From Nageia nagi (Eukaryota; Plantae; Pinophyta), in contig JBITNC010000001.1 of NCBI GenBank assembly GCA_050084985.1, positions 89,404,001-89,468,000 on the forward strand: 64,000 nucleotides of DNA, written 5' to 3'. The notes below the pieces were generated by a model. It saw only the letters and a program-made list of their open reading frames with translations. It was not told the origin of the DNA and did no database searches. This document shows positions 1 through 12,500 of this stretch, piece by piece. Position numbers and translations under genes: made by a program. Within the stretch, counting starts at the first letter, position 1. The number at the start of each line of letters is the position of its first letter.

Positions 1-240
1 AATGTTCAGTGACAACCATTTATGAATTTATTGTGAACAAAGAATAGATTTTGGCAAAAAGTTACAAAACATTGTGATTGTTATAGAACCTTGACAATGT
101 TCAATGGTAACCATCTATGAATTTATTGTGAACAAATAATAGATTTTGGTGAAAAGTTACAAAATTTTGTGATTGCTATAGAACCTTAATAATGTTCAAT
201 GAAAACTATAATTGAATTTATAAATAATAGATTTTGATGA
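1..240. repeat. 95-bp tandem repeat, about 2.5 copies visible (may extend left of the window)
   Basis: AATGTTCA...ATGAATTTATTGTGAACAAA...GTTACAAAA...ATAGAACCTT restarts at 1, 96 and 191. Confidence 0.85.
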
Positions 241-623
241 ATAAATTTATTAGATTAACCTAAAAGGAAAATAAAATAAATTAATTTATATTTTTATAAA
301 TTCATATTTGTATTTGCTTAGAAGTTAAATTTGATTATTTTCTCTTATATCGATGTTGAATTATTTTTGCTAAACCTTGAACTTTATCCCTTCCTTTATG
401 AATTTCCTTTTTAAATATTGTTCGAAACAACAATTTTGAGAGATTAAAAAGGTTCGATGAATTCGTTAGAAGAACAATTTACAAAATGTTTGCTTTGTAG
501 TTACATAAATTTATTGCGCTAATTAATACGTGTTGTTGCTTTTAATTTATTTCTATTTATAATAGGTAACTATTAAATATTGAATTTATTAATTGACTAT
601 AGTTAACTATTATAATATTAAAT

Positions 624-1164
624 TTGTTAGTTGACTAAATTACTTTTTTAAAAATATTTAAGGGACAAACATTAGAGTCCATGACACTCTCCTTATCCTC
701 AATGTAAAAACTTCTTCTATCAAAGTAAAACTTTCTTTCACAAATATTAACATTGAATTTTGATTCAATATTTTACATATATATTACATGCAACAAAAGA
801 CACCAAGCATAAGAATGATATAACAAATTACAATGATATTCTTAAAATATTGCAAAAAATGTTGTATAAAAAATTACAATAATATTCTTAAACTATTACG
901 AAAAAAGTTGTTAGTTGACTAAATTAATTTTTAAAAAATATTTAAGGGACAAACATTGGAATTCATGACACTCCCCCTATCTATGATTGTAAGACACCTC
1001 TCGATGTAAAAACTTCTTCTATCAAAATAAACCTTTCTTTCATAAATATTAACATTGAATATTTATTCAATATTTTACATATTACATGCAACAAAAGACA
1101 TCAAGCACAAGAATGATATAAAAAATTACAATGATATTCTTAAAATATTGCAAAAAATATTGTA
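624..1164. repeat. ~284-bp direct duplication
   Basis: TTGTTAGTTGACTAAATTA...AAGGGACAAACATT...CTTAAAATATTGCAAAAAAT starts at 624 and again at 908. Confidence 0.85.
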
Positions 1165-2897
1165 CCATTATTTTCAAGCATCATACATCATTACAATTCT
1201 TTATCATATCTATCATAAATTTTAAATACACAAATTCTAAATTAATAACTAAAAATTCTCCCTAGCTCCTTGAACAAGCCCCCAAAGACTCCTCTAATGA
1301 TGGAGGAAATGGAAATGGACGAAGTTTCTCCTACAGGCTCGAAGATTAATCAATGACAGAAGAATGAGGTTGAAGAAGATATCCAGGCTACATAAAAAGA
1401 GCAATGTCCTAAAATGGACACATTTGGTGAGGATCATCGCGGTCCTAACACATTGAAGACATTAATTTTGAAGATGAATGAGGTAGGCATTTCGAGGAAT
1501 GGGGTAGAATTGGGAGACAAAGAAAGGAATGGAGGGACATCAAAATGATCATAAGGGCAATGAAGGCATCCTAATACCCATGGTACAATAAGCATAGATT
1601 TGGACGGGCATGTGGGATGGTCACTCTCGCCTCTACGTAGAAGGAGGTACCTATGATGATCCCGATTCAGAATGTAGATGGATTGTCTTAGATAGAAATT
1701 GAGTTATTTTGGGAGTGTTTCAACAAAAAAGATTCCAATTTTGAGTTAGATTGGAACTCTATGGTTCAGCCAATGAAAGGATGGTGTGACCACCAAGCGG
1801 AAAGTAAGGATCTTTTCCCTAGTGTGTTTAGTAGCAACTACGATGACTCTTAGAAGACAATTTGTGGAACATACATAATACTGTTGAGCATCTATAAACT
1901 TTTATATATTCAAGACCCTATCTTTTTGAAAATTAGCTATAAATTTTTTACCCTTGTTGAAAAAAAACTAAAAAATCTTCCTTTTAATATTTTCTATCTT
2001 ATACTACTTTGTGGTTTACAATTATCTGTTATTCATTATCATTCATAATACTATTTTATATTTACATCTTATTACTTCATCAATTTTTACATAATACATA
2101 TACCTCAAACAATATTAAACTTCTTAAAAAATAAATTTAAACATCTACACTATGAAAATATCTTAGATTTCTAACATATATGAAAAATAAACTTAAATAA
2201 TAGAAGATAAATTGATAAAGTAGATAATTCGATGATAGAAAATGAATTAATAAAGTAATTTTTTAAACTAAAATAATTTATTATGAAGATAATTTGAGAG
2301 ATAATTGAAAGACAAAGAACTATAAAAAGTGTAAAGTTGAAAAAGAAAGACTAAATTTCTAACTTCCACAAATTAAATAATAAATTAAAATTGATGATAC
2401 AAATGTAACTCCACATAAATTTAATATAAGAAAACTCAGATAACTTTTAACAAAAGAAAACCTGAAACAGAAACTACTTTCCAAGTACCAATCTTTGGAA
2501 GTATCAAGTCCCAATGATGGACTACCATAATTTGTTTTTGCTAAATTTGCTGGACTAGTTAGGTCCTATATTTTTTTTTTGGTAAATTCAATTTCTATTG
2601 ATGTTGCAGTCTACAAAGAAAAAATTGAATTTCAAATATGTCCGAGGATATCTTTACACGGACATGAAGTTTCCTTTGGCGACACCACCTATTTCTCCGT
2701 TCAATTCTGGTAATTTGTCCTCCATGCACAAATGCCGTCCAAATCCACGCAATGCTCGCCCTTTTTCTTGATGAGCACGACCAATAAATGAAGCAAAATT
2801 TCTCCTTGTATCCATTTTCCCAGTAACAACAAATCCTTTCACAAATGCTACTCTTTTCTCCACAAATAGATTTCAGTACTGAAATCAGCAGCTTACA

Positions 2898-3563
2898 ATG
2901 GAGGAAGTACTGAAGAGGCCCCTGCTGCTGAAGATCGGGGCGCTTCTACTTCTTTCTATTGCATGCTTCTACCTCGGCAAGCGCTGGGCCACCTCATATG
3001 ACCAGGTTCTAATCATCAACGAAGCAGAGAGCAAGTCCTTCACCAGATCTCCAGCAGTAACCCTCGTCCTCAACGCCACTCGAACCCACGACCTCTCCGC
3101 TTTCAACATCACACTACCACCGCCTCCACCAGCTCAGCCACCACCACCACCGCCGTTTCCGCCACCGCCTCCGCCGCCTTCTTCACTTGGCGTGGTCGGC
3201 GCTGATGGGGCAATGCAGACGAATTTCAGGGTCGGTGCTGACGGGGACCAAGGTAATGATGACGTGGAAGTGGATGGAGCTGAGGTGGAGTCGGAGAATG
3301 GAACGAGCTTCGTGACGTGGAATGTGACTGGATCTGAAGATAAGTGGGAGCCCAATGTGAGGAAATTTGAGATGTGTGCTGCGAATATGAGTGAGTACAT
3401 TCCATGTATGGACAACTTGGAGGCGATCAGGAGGCTGAATAGTACGGAGAGAGGGGAGAGGTTTGAGAGGCATTGCCCTAATAAGGACAGAAGGCTGAGG
3501 TGCAGGATTCCCAAGCCACAGAAGTATAGGACTCCTATTCCGTGGCCTAAAAGCCGCGACGAG
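2898..3563 (+). CDS. PMT11: PMT exon 1 (TM anchor, poly-Pro stem, start of conserved domain)
   Basis: ATG 2898; ends ...[10 protein letters not shown]|GT at 3564. Confidence 0.93.
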
Positions 3564-6500
3564 GTATTTTTTTGGTTTTTTAAGATCTGGGTTTTTTTTT
3601 GTATTAGATGTTTTTAATTTTATTTTTGCTAGTTTGTTGTTTTTAACATCTGGGTGTTTTTGCATTGGATGCTTTGTATATATATTTGCTTTAATTTGCC
3701 AAACTTTCGAGTTTGGCCAGAATTTCTGAGACCTAGATGCACTCAGCAACAGGTGTTTGAAAATTCTTTTTGACACAATTTTTTTGTAAGATGAAATTAG
3801 GCTAAGATAATTTTCAATAATTGGGTGGAGTGGTAAGTTGGGCACGCACTTACCATGCCCAGAAACATGTTTTAAACGTTGTGGATAGCCTTTGGGTGTG
3901 ATGTCTGTGTTTTAATGATAAGACAGACCAGCTGATTTAGAATCGATCAACCAGATCATAGTCTGACCCATGGACAAGCTAGGATTCGAACCTAATTACT
4001 TGCACAGGTGTTCTACCATTATTTGATTGATCTCCAACATCTCCATTGAGACACCCACAGCCTTCGGATTGTTTAGTTGCAATTCTTTTGTTTCTTAGAC
4101 TTTGGATTGATCTCTGCCTTAAGATTGTTTATTGGCAATTCTTTTGTTTCTTGGACTTAAGATTGATTTCCAACATCTCAATTGAGACACACAATGCCAT
4201 ACTTTAACAACTTAAATCTATGGATCAACAAGGAATTGAACACAGAACCAATTGATCGCTGGCATAGACGCTTTACCACTGAGCTCCCGGCTAACACGAA
4301 GATCTACTAGGATAGAATGTAGTTCAACAAAATAGCAGGAAACTAATATATTTATTTAAAGTAAGACTTCTAGGTAGCAAATATATGCCCTTTGTTGAAA
4401 TGTAGGTCATGATATGTTTATATGTTTCTTTTCTCTTTTGGATACATTCCATTAAATTATATATTAACTTTTCGGATATTCTCCATTAAATGCCTAGCAG
4501 TTTGGCGAGAAATTGAACGCTACGCCTTAACATATATTTATTTTTGACATTTGAAATTAAAAGATTTTTGAGTTTTTTTATAATTTTTTGTTTCCATCAC
4601 TTTATATTTTCTGTTCATTGGATGATTCAAATGGTGGCACCGCTATATTGGAATTTTATGGGCTTTTCCTCTTGCCAGTTAGCTAGTCTTCAAAAAACTT
4701 CAAAAGAGATTGGCTAATCAGCACATTTTTTGAAAATTAGAATCTCATTTGTACTAGGGGTCAATTTCATGCGATGATCATTGGAGAAAACTTGGAAAAT
4801 GTAAACTGTGAGGATGTAGCTAGCACGTTAAATTGAGAATCAGACATCCGTATGTTAATGGGGGACTTTTCACTTTACCTTTATAATTTGAAAATAGGAG
4901 TAGCTACATCATGCATCATGGGCCGGAAAAAATGTCACTCACAGAATTCACACAAACTCTTGCACCATATATTCTAAAATGCTAAACAACAGGTAGAAAA
5001 AGCTTTTGAAATTGATAAACATTTGAATATCCTCACTAAAGAGGATAATGTAAGGCTAAGTGAAGCGTGGAAGCCTGTAACACATTATTAACTGAAAGCA
5101 AATACAAATTAATTCTTGTTAAAGAAGTGCTGACTTGTTTGTCTCCTTGCTTGTATGAAATTAAGTGTCTTGAACTTGAGTTCATTGCATCCTCGTGGGC
5201 AATTTTATTTCTCTTGTTGAATGTGAATTCTAGAATTATACGGAATGCATACAATCTAAAAGAAACACATGCAGTGATCCCAGAAGTTACCACTGGAAAA
5301 AAGAAACAATGGGAAAGCCCAAACAGGTTAAAATTATCAAGCACAATTGTATATGAATTTATACAAACTTATATTCTCCAACTTTACTACTGTGCTCTAC
5401 TTTTACGTTGCTTATCCCACATGCATTAACTATGAAAAGGTTTGTCAGCTATTTTATGCTTATAAACATATATGTTTTCCTTTAATGACTATGGTGTCAC
5501 ATTTTTATTCCATTTTAGTCAAATGAACATGATGTAATGTGAAGGGTTTATAGAACTCTTACATGTGCATTAATGCTTCTGGGTCACAGGGATTTCTCAT
5601 TGCCTTTTTTCTTTCTTTTTCTTTTAGATGGGCTCTCTTTTTTACTACAAAGATAAAATTATCATATATTTATAAAATATATACAAAACTGTTATCCTAG
5701 ATTGAATTCAGGGAACCTGCTTTGGTTTGAACTCAAATATTTGAAATAAACCAGGTGCCCGAATAATTTACTGAAAAATGCGTGTTGAGATATGTTGTTG
5801 TTTCTCCTCACTGCGTAGATAATGCAAATGGTATCAATGTTGTGTTCAATTTTATTGAACAGATTCTAGTTCACATTTTCTTCTACTCCTTGATAAAAAG
5901 ATCCACATCTTCTACAAATTTGGCAAGAAGGGCTCCTGCATAATCATTAAATGTTGGGGGTTTGAGCCTTACACCACAAACCATCAACTCATTGACCATA
6001 ACATTGTAATACGGTGATCGTGCAACAGTGAAAAGAATGTTGCATAAAAACTTAGAGGTCGCCAACCCTTTCTTGCCTAGATGTGTTTTTACTTATCCAG
6101 TTGGTTCAACCAATGGTTAGCTACCGAGATTGTTATGAGAAACAACAGATGGAGTGGCAGCAGACGGGGAGCAAGAATCAGCTCCAAGAGAATTCTAGTG
6201 AGCTCTAGGCCAAATGTTACTTTGAGTGAAGCCCGGTATAGGAAATAGAGCGTATGCATAAATATTGCCCTTTCTTGTGTTTACATTTTGCATCTTCTCC
6301 TTATCAAAGGTCTCAAGGGAGGCGCTCATCTCCCACACTATCTAGTTCCATGCTTGGAACACTCTTGCATATAAATCTGGGAAGATGGTATTTAACAGCA
6401 TTAACCCACTTTGTATATTTTGCCTAGTTACATTGCAACTGCCCAACCATCTCTTTGTGATGTTTCCATATAGGGTCTCTCCTTTTGGTAGTAATTGTCT

Positions 6501-9500
6501 CCTAAATCTGCAATAAACAAGGAAAAAATCTACAATCTCAGCTCAAAATTATTTTTGAAAAATGACCAAAATACCCCTATAATTTACCATAATTACGAAA
6601 ATACTGCTATTTTTTCAATAATTACAAAAATGTGCCTATCACATTTATAAAAATATTTAAATAAGAATTCCAAGTTGTAACTTATCTCTTGTGAGGGTTC
6701 ACGGCGTTGTATAGCTCAGGTCAATCAGTGATGACATAGAATCTGCCATTCTTTCCTCCAATGGCATCTCTTTCAAACCCAATATTGTAGTCTGCAAGCC
6801 TCTTTCTATTGCTCTCTCAACTGGGGTCACACCACCAACAATCATCGATGGGATTCCTCATTCCACATAATAAGTAATCTAGCTTTTGCCTTATGATATT
6901 AACCTAGCTCTCACCTCATGCTGAAAAGCCACCATATATACTTGTGTTTGATGCAGTCAACGTGTTACGAAACATGTGAGGAGTCCAATTGGCAATCCTC
7001 TGCAAATATACAGAGCAATTTTCTTCTCCTTTACCTGCAAATAGATACGTCATTTGCAATACTGATTTAGCATACTGACAATTCTTATTTTAATATTTTG
7101 AAAAGGTGATAAGGGTATTTTCGCAATTATTGAAAAAGTAGGGGTATATTTGTAATTATGGTAAATTATAAAGGTATTTTGTTAAATTTTCTATTATTTT
7201 TTTAACCTATGATGCTACAATTCACAGCACAAAAGTAGGACTAGAAGGAAAAATCTTAGGTGTAAAAAAATAGAAATTACTTTTTTTTTTTTATGTTAGA
7301 ATGGTGCATTTTAATGTTGTAAAACCAACTTCTAATGGTATAAATGCATCTTTTAGGGTTTTGACATGGTCCCAAGTTTAGTCTCCTTTGGTTCAATTAT
7401 GAGTGCTTCAGTCTTGGATGGCTTGAAATAGGCCAAAAGTAAAAATATAAGAAACTTTATTGGCAGGTGTGTCTTTTTGCAAGTTGTTTTGAATAAATGG
7501 CATGGGATGCATGAGTCGCTAATTGCCTTGTGAATATTTGCTCAATTTTTGGCAAACTTGCATATTCTTAGAATATGTTATTTTCACTGAATTTTGGGGA
7601 AATGTTCATTTATGCTGCTTCAACGAATTTTCAGCTGTGTAAACTGAATATTTGTCAATTTTTGTAACTATGGTCAAAATACAAATTTCTCTTTTGCTTT
7701 CTATATGTTCTTTGATGGATGTTTCAAGTTTCAACACACATATCCTGGGGGACTGCATTCTGTGTTACCTATTACACTACTGAAAACTATTAGTTTTTGA
7801 AAACAATTTCTTAAAGAGCTGGTGTTTGCTTGGCATGTATTCTTAGAGTCATATATATCACCATGTAAACTTTTTGTTGACCACTTTATGCATATTGACA
7901 ACTTAATCATGAGAACTTGATTCGTATTTAGTTGCAGCAAGGTGAATCAATTTATTAAATAGGATTTAACCTTATGTTTTTATCTATGCCTGGCTGTGGT
8001 AATGGTATCTCAACCCAGATCACAGTATACATTTTATTAGATGCCTTTTCATAACATTTCCAATTATTCCAGGTCTGGTACAGCAATGTCCCACATACAC
8101 GGTTGGTGGAAGATAAAGGTGGTCAAAATTGGATAGAACTGCGTAAAGATAAATTTGTATTTCCAGGAGGTGGAACACAATTCATACATGGGGCTGATCA
8201 TTACATAGATCAGATGGCTCAGGTTATTGAAAAATAGTGATTGCTTTTCTTGTTGATTTTTTTGCTTACATCTAATTATGATTGGATTCAAGAATTATAA
8301 CTGGTGTTACTGGTTTAATTATATATCATCTTTACCAATCCTTGATTCTGAGCCTTTTTTAGTTGATCTGGTTTTGCAGATGGTTCCTGATCTGGCTTTT
8401 GGTGTTCATACCAGGGTTGCTTTGGATGTAGGTTGTGGTGTAGCAAGCTTTGGAGCCTTCTTGCTTTCACGAAATGTAATTACTCTTTCCATAGCTCCAA
8501 AGGACGTTCATGAAAATCAGATCCAGTTTGCTCTTGAGCGTGGTGTCCCGGCTATGGTTGCAGCATTTGCAACTCGCCGCCTTTTATATCCTAGTCAGGC
8601 ATTTGATCTGATCCATTGCTCTCGCTGTCGAATTGAATGGACTCGTGATGGTATGGTATTGGCTATTCTTCTGTTCGTCTTCTATGTTTCTTAAAAATGG
8701 AAATGCTTGCTTGTTGCATTTCTTCTTTTCTATTGAAAAAGAACCTGACAATTGGTGAAAGCCTCAGGAATAGCGGAGAATTTACGACTGTAGAAAAGCT
8801 CAAAATTCAAGTTTTAAGTTGACTGCAAAGTTTTGGTCATATTCAACTGAATATCATTGGTTTACACATCTCTTCCATAGGGCTTGCAATTGTCTTCTCA
8901 TGCATTTTGCTTCTTTGCAATTGCATATCTACCAGGGAGGAAAGTTATAGTATTTGGGTGTTTTTATAAACAGGAATATATATCAGTACATCATTAGTTT
9001 TTAAAGTTTTTTTTTGTTATATGGCAAAAAACTCCCATGTGGGGCAGCTTTCGTCTAAGGCCGCAACTGGATTATTTATTCAATCAAAGTTACTCAGGAC
9101 TTACACTTGGCCCCGACCACTCCTGCACATTTACAGGATTTTTAAATATATATCTACCAGGGAGGAAAGTTCTAGTATTTGGTTGTTTTTATAAATAGGA
9201 ATATATATGAATACATCATTAGTTTTTAAAGTTTTTTTTTTGTTATATGGCGAAAAACTCCCATGTGGGGGCAGCTTTCGTCTAGAGGCCGCAACTGGAT
9301 TATTTATTCAATCAAAGTTACTCAGGACTTACACTTGGCCCCGACCACTCCTGCACATTTACAGGATTTTTAATTGTTCTCCATGTAGGGGTGGGGAGAT
9401 ATGAACCTGGGCCTCCCATGGAGTGTTCCCTTTACTTTCCTAACTCCCCTAATGTGGGTGGACAGTTTTTAAAGGGTGTTAAAAAACCAGACAAGAATAT

Positions 9501-12500
9501 ATATCCATATGTTTTGAGCCATGCATTATAGCACAGTAAATTGTTAAAAAGCCAGTTACAATGAAAATCATAGAAACAGGTAATTTGGAGATATGGTAAA
9601 CTATAAAAGGGAACATGGAGAAAGCAGCTGGACAACCTCCTCGTTCATTTGTCAGTACAGTCCGCCTCATTCATAGTTTTGCAAGCCTTTAAATTGTTGT
9701 ACAGGAACAACCTGTTAAGCAACGGTATTGCTAAGGTCAATCAATAAGTCAGAGCATTCAATGAGAAGTGGGTTAGTAAATATAGGGCTAAGTAGTGTGT
9801 CTTTGTAAGCTTATGGTTGTGCTTATTGATACATAAGGAGAGAGTCTTGCTTATTTCGATTGGGAAATGTCAAGCAATCAATGGCAGTGTGAAATGCACC
9901 TTGCTTACAAAAATGTATTGAAAACCACCTGTTCTTCAGCTCACTGACCGCAGTCCAGGAATTTGTCCACTTTGAGACTAGTACTTAGTGGTTTACTACT
10001 TTTGAAACATTTATGCCTCTAGCTTGAAATAGGCCAAACATGGTAAAATAGAAAGTCCAATGAAGGTGGTCTACACAAGGGAAGCAGGCTGAAGATCATT
10101 GTGCGCAATACGAGTGGCCTTAACAATGAGACAACTAATTCATGTTAAAAACAATCCATGCATACCAAATAACTTGGGAATCAATGCTCCAAGAAATGTC
10201 ACTGCCGACATGGAATGCAACAGGGTTGTCCTAGCAACTATATTTTATTTTTATTTTTTTATTAAGAGGGTAAATTTTATTAATAAAAAATATATATATA
10301 CATAAGGAGGACCGACATATTCCTGTAAGACATGAAGCTTTCCAGCTTGCTTCATTCTGCTAAGTACAAAAAACCTATAGTGGATTTCAACATTAGCAAC
10401 AGGGTTTTTGCCTAGATCTTAACTCATCTAGGGATTTGGATCCCAACATATTTTAACAGAGCTACATCCAGTTGAGATGCCAAAACGTTAAGAGAAGTGA
10501 AGTAAAGCATACTGCTAGTAAAACCTCACCTACTTAATACATAGTTTGCTGTAAACAAAACTTTTTCCGTAGACTAGCTACGTCTGCTAAAGAGGTGAAG
10601 GAGCCTGGAGAAGTAAGAGGATTTGAAGACTACTTGTTATGGAAAGACTGGGAGACTTTGCTTTGTCATGTACTCCGACACTTTGCTATTTTACCCAGGC
10701 CACTGCTCAAATGGGGTAGCACCACATCTGGATCTTTAGGAAATCTGAACTGCATGTCCCTGTAGAGTGATTTAAAATGCTTGTTGTACAAACGTTTCAA
10801 CATTTCTGCGTGGAACTCTGCCTTTCCCTCAAGGTTGTCAAAGGCTGGACTGGGTTTCCCCTTTTGAAGAATTGCCTCCGCCATATGGGGTGCACCAATA
10901 ATTGTTTGTCCTGGTGTGGAGATTAATCATTTAATCGGATTAAAATCAGCACAAAAAAAAAAAAAAGACAAAAAAAAACCGTAACAAAAATTTATATTTC
11001 CGTTTGTATATATATATATCAAATTAAATGCAAAACTGTTGATAATTCAATCCCAAAAACAGCAGCAGACTGTAGTGAGATTAATACAGTAGATATATGG
11101 TAGAAAAAAGCTATTTCATTAATAAAAGACTGCATTACATTTCACCAACTGCATTACGTATTACTACGTTATTAAATACCAAAAAAGTCTGCTTAGTAGC
11201 ATACTGACAACATAAAAAATTGAAATACATATGGCTGAGTTTGTGATCATCTTTCTAAAAAAAAAAAGTTTGAACACATCAATAATGTGCTCTCTTTCTC
11301 TCTTGTTGCTGCCCTAGATCCTGGTGGTGCAGTAGATGAGCCTATAATGTCTTCAAATTGACTTTGAGTCTCTAAATCATAATCTTCTTCAATCACATTT
11401 CAACATGCCTCTCTAGGCTCTCTAATCCACCCTCCTCCAAGCATTCATCTTCATTACCACCATCATTTCTGATCCATTCATTTGAGGGATCAATTTCATC
11501 TAAATTGATTGGCTCCCCATCACTCCCTTCAATTTTTTTGAGGGTGTAAATCACTCCCTTCAATTTTTTTGAGGGTGTAATGTGCATATACAAGCTTGTT
11601 CAACACCTCTTGGGCCAATCTCTTGCACCTTTTGGAGTGTATTTGCTCAAATAGACTCCAATTGCGCTCACGTCCAGAAATGCCGCAAGGTTGAGACAAG
11701 ATGCGAATAGCTAATTGTTACAAAAGTGGGCATTTGGCACCAAAAGACTCCCACCACACAACTGCAATTCAATAAACAAGGTTGATATTAGATTACCAAC
11801 TTTATTAAATCAAAATTCACCATAAAAACTCAAAATGAACATTGAAAATTTACGAGTTATACCTGGAATTTCAATTTCCCTTGATGTGATGCAAGCAATA
11901 CTAGAGAAGAGGTAGTCTTTTGCACCCCTATACATAGACAACTCTTTTTGTATTCACTGCTTTTTTTGTGGATCATGGCCAACCATCCTCTCAAGGCACA
12001 AATAGAGCCCACTAGAAATTTCATCATTAACCTCAAAATTAGATCTATCAACAAAGTAATATTTGGGATTTAGGAAATATACCGTAGCATGAATTGGCTT
12101 ATGGAGTTGCCCATTCCATCTTCTATCTATCAACTCCCAAAGTGGCATATATTTGGTTGTTACTTTCTTGTAAAAACTTGTGATGCACTCTTTGGCCTTT
12201 TCCATGGCCTTATACAAGTATCTCATTGGTGATTTATGTGCACTTTCAACATGTCATAGAACTCTCACCAAGGTTTCTAAAATCTAATTAATAACAAAAA
12301 AAAAACAACAATTAGTTAATAACAAAATCAACAATTAAATAAGAACCAAAATCAACAATTAATTAATTAATTTAAGAAGTTTAGAGCTAACTTGGATGAC
12401 TTCATGTGCGATCTTCCAAAAGCCATCATCAAGTACAATGCTTGTACACACATGGTTTTCAACACGTGTACTCCACTCTGACTAGTGCCATTCATTGGAA

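Larger units (their letters stand above)
5780..7672 (-). mobile_element. hAT transposon remnant (BED finger and 5' part of transposase), interrupted by the Pack-MULE
   Basis: Minus-strand DPIWKH...QCN...KYHL (BED-like, ~6385-6500) and ORF 5883..6065 (ARSPYY...KPPT), resembling the hAT at 12853-13260; hAT-like end GTAACTATG at 7664-7672. Left boundary approximate. Confidence 0.65.

Noticed and set aside
1260-1860. Purine-rich, coding-like segment upstream of the gene
   Set aside because: Probably a decayed retroelement piece, but no diagnostic motif found.
3134-3845. Antisense ORFs of 126 and 220 aa over exon 1
   Set aside because: Shadow frames of a GC-rich coding exon; no recognisable motifs.
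4228-4293. Possible tRNA gene
   Set aside because: Only A/B boxes are recognisable; stems do not form a convincing cloverleaf, so treated as a SINE head.
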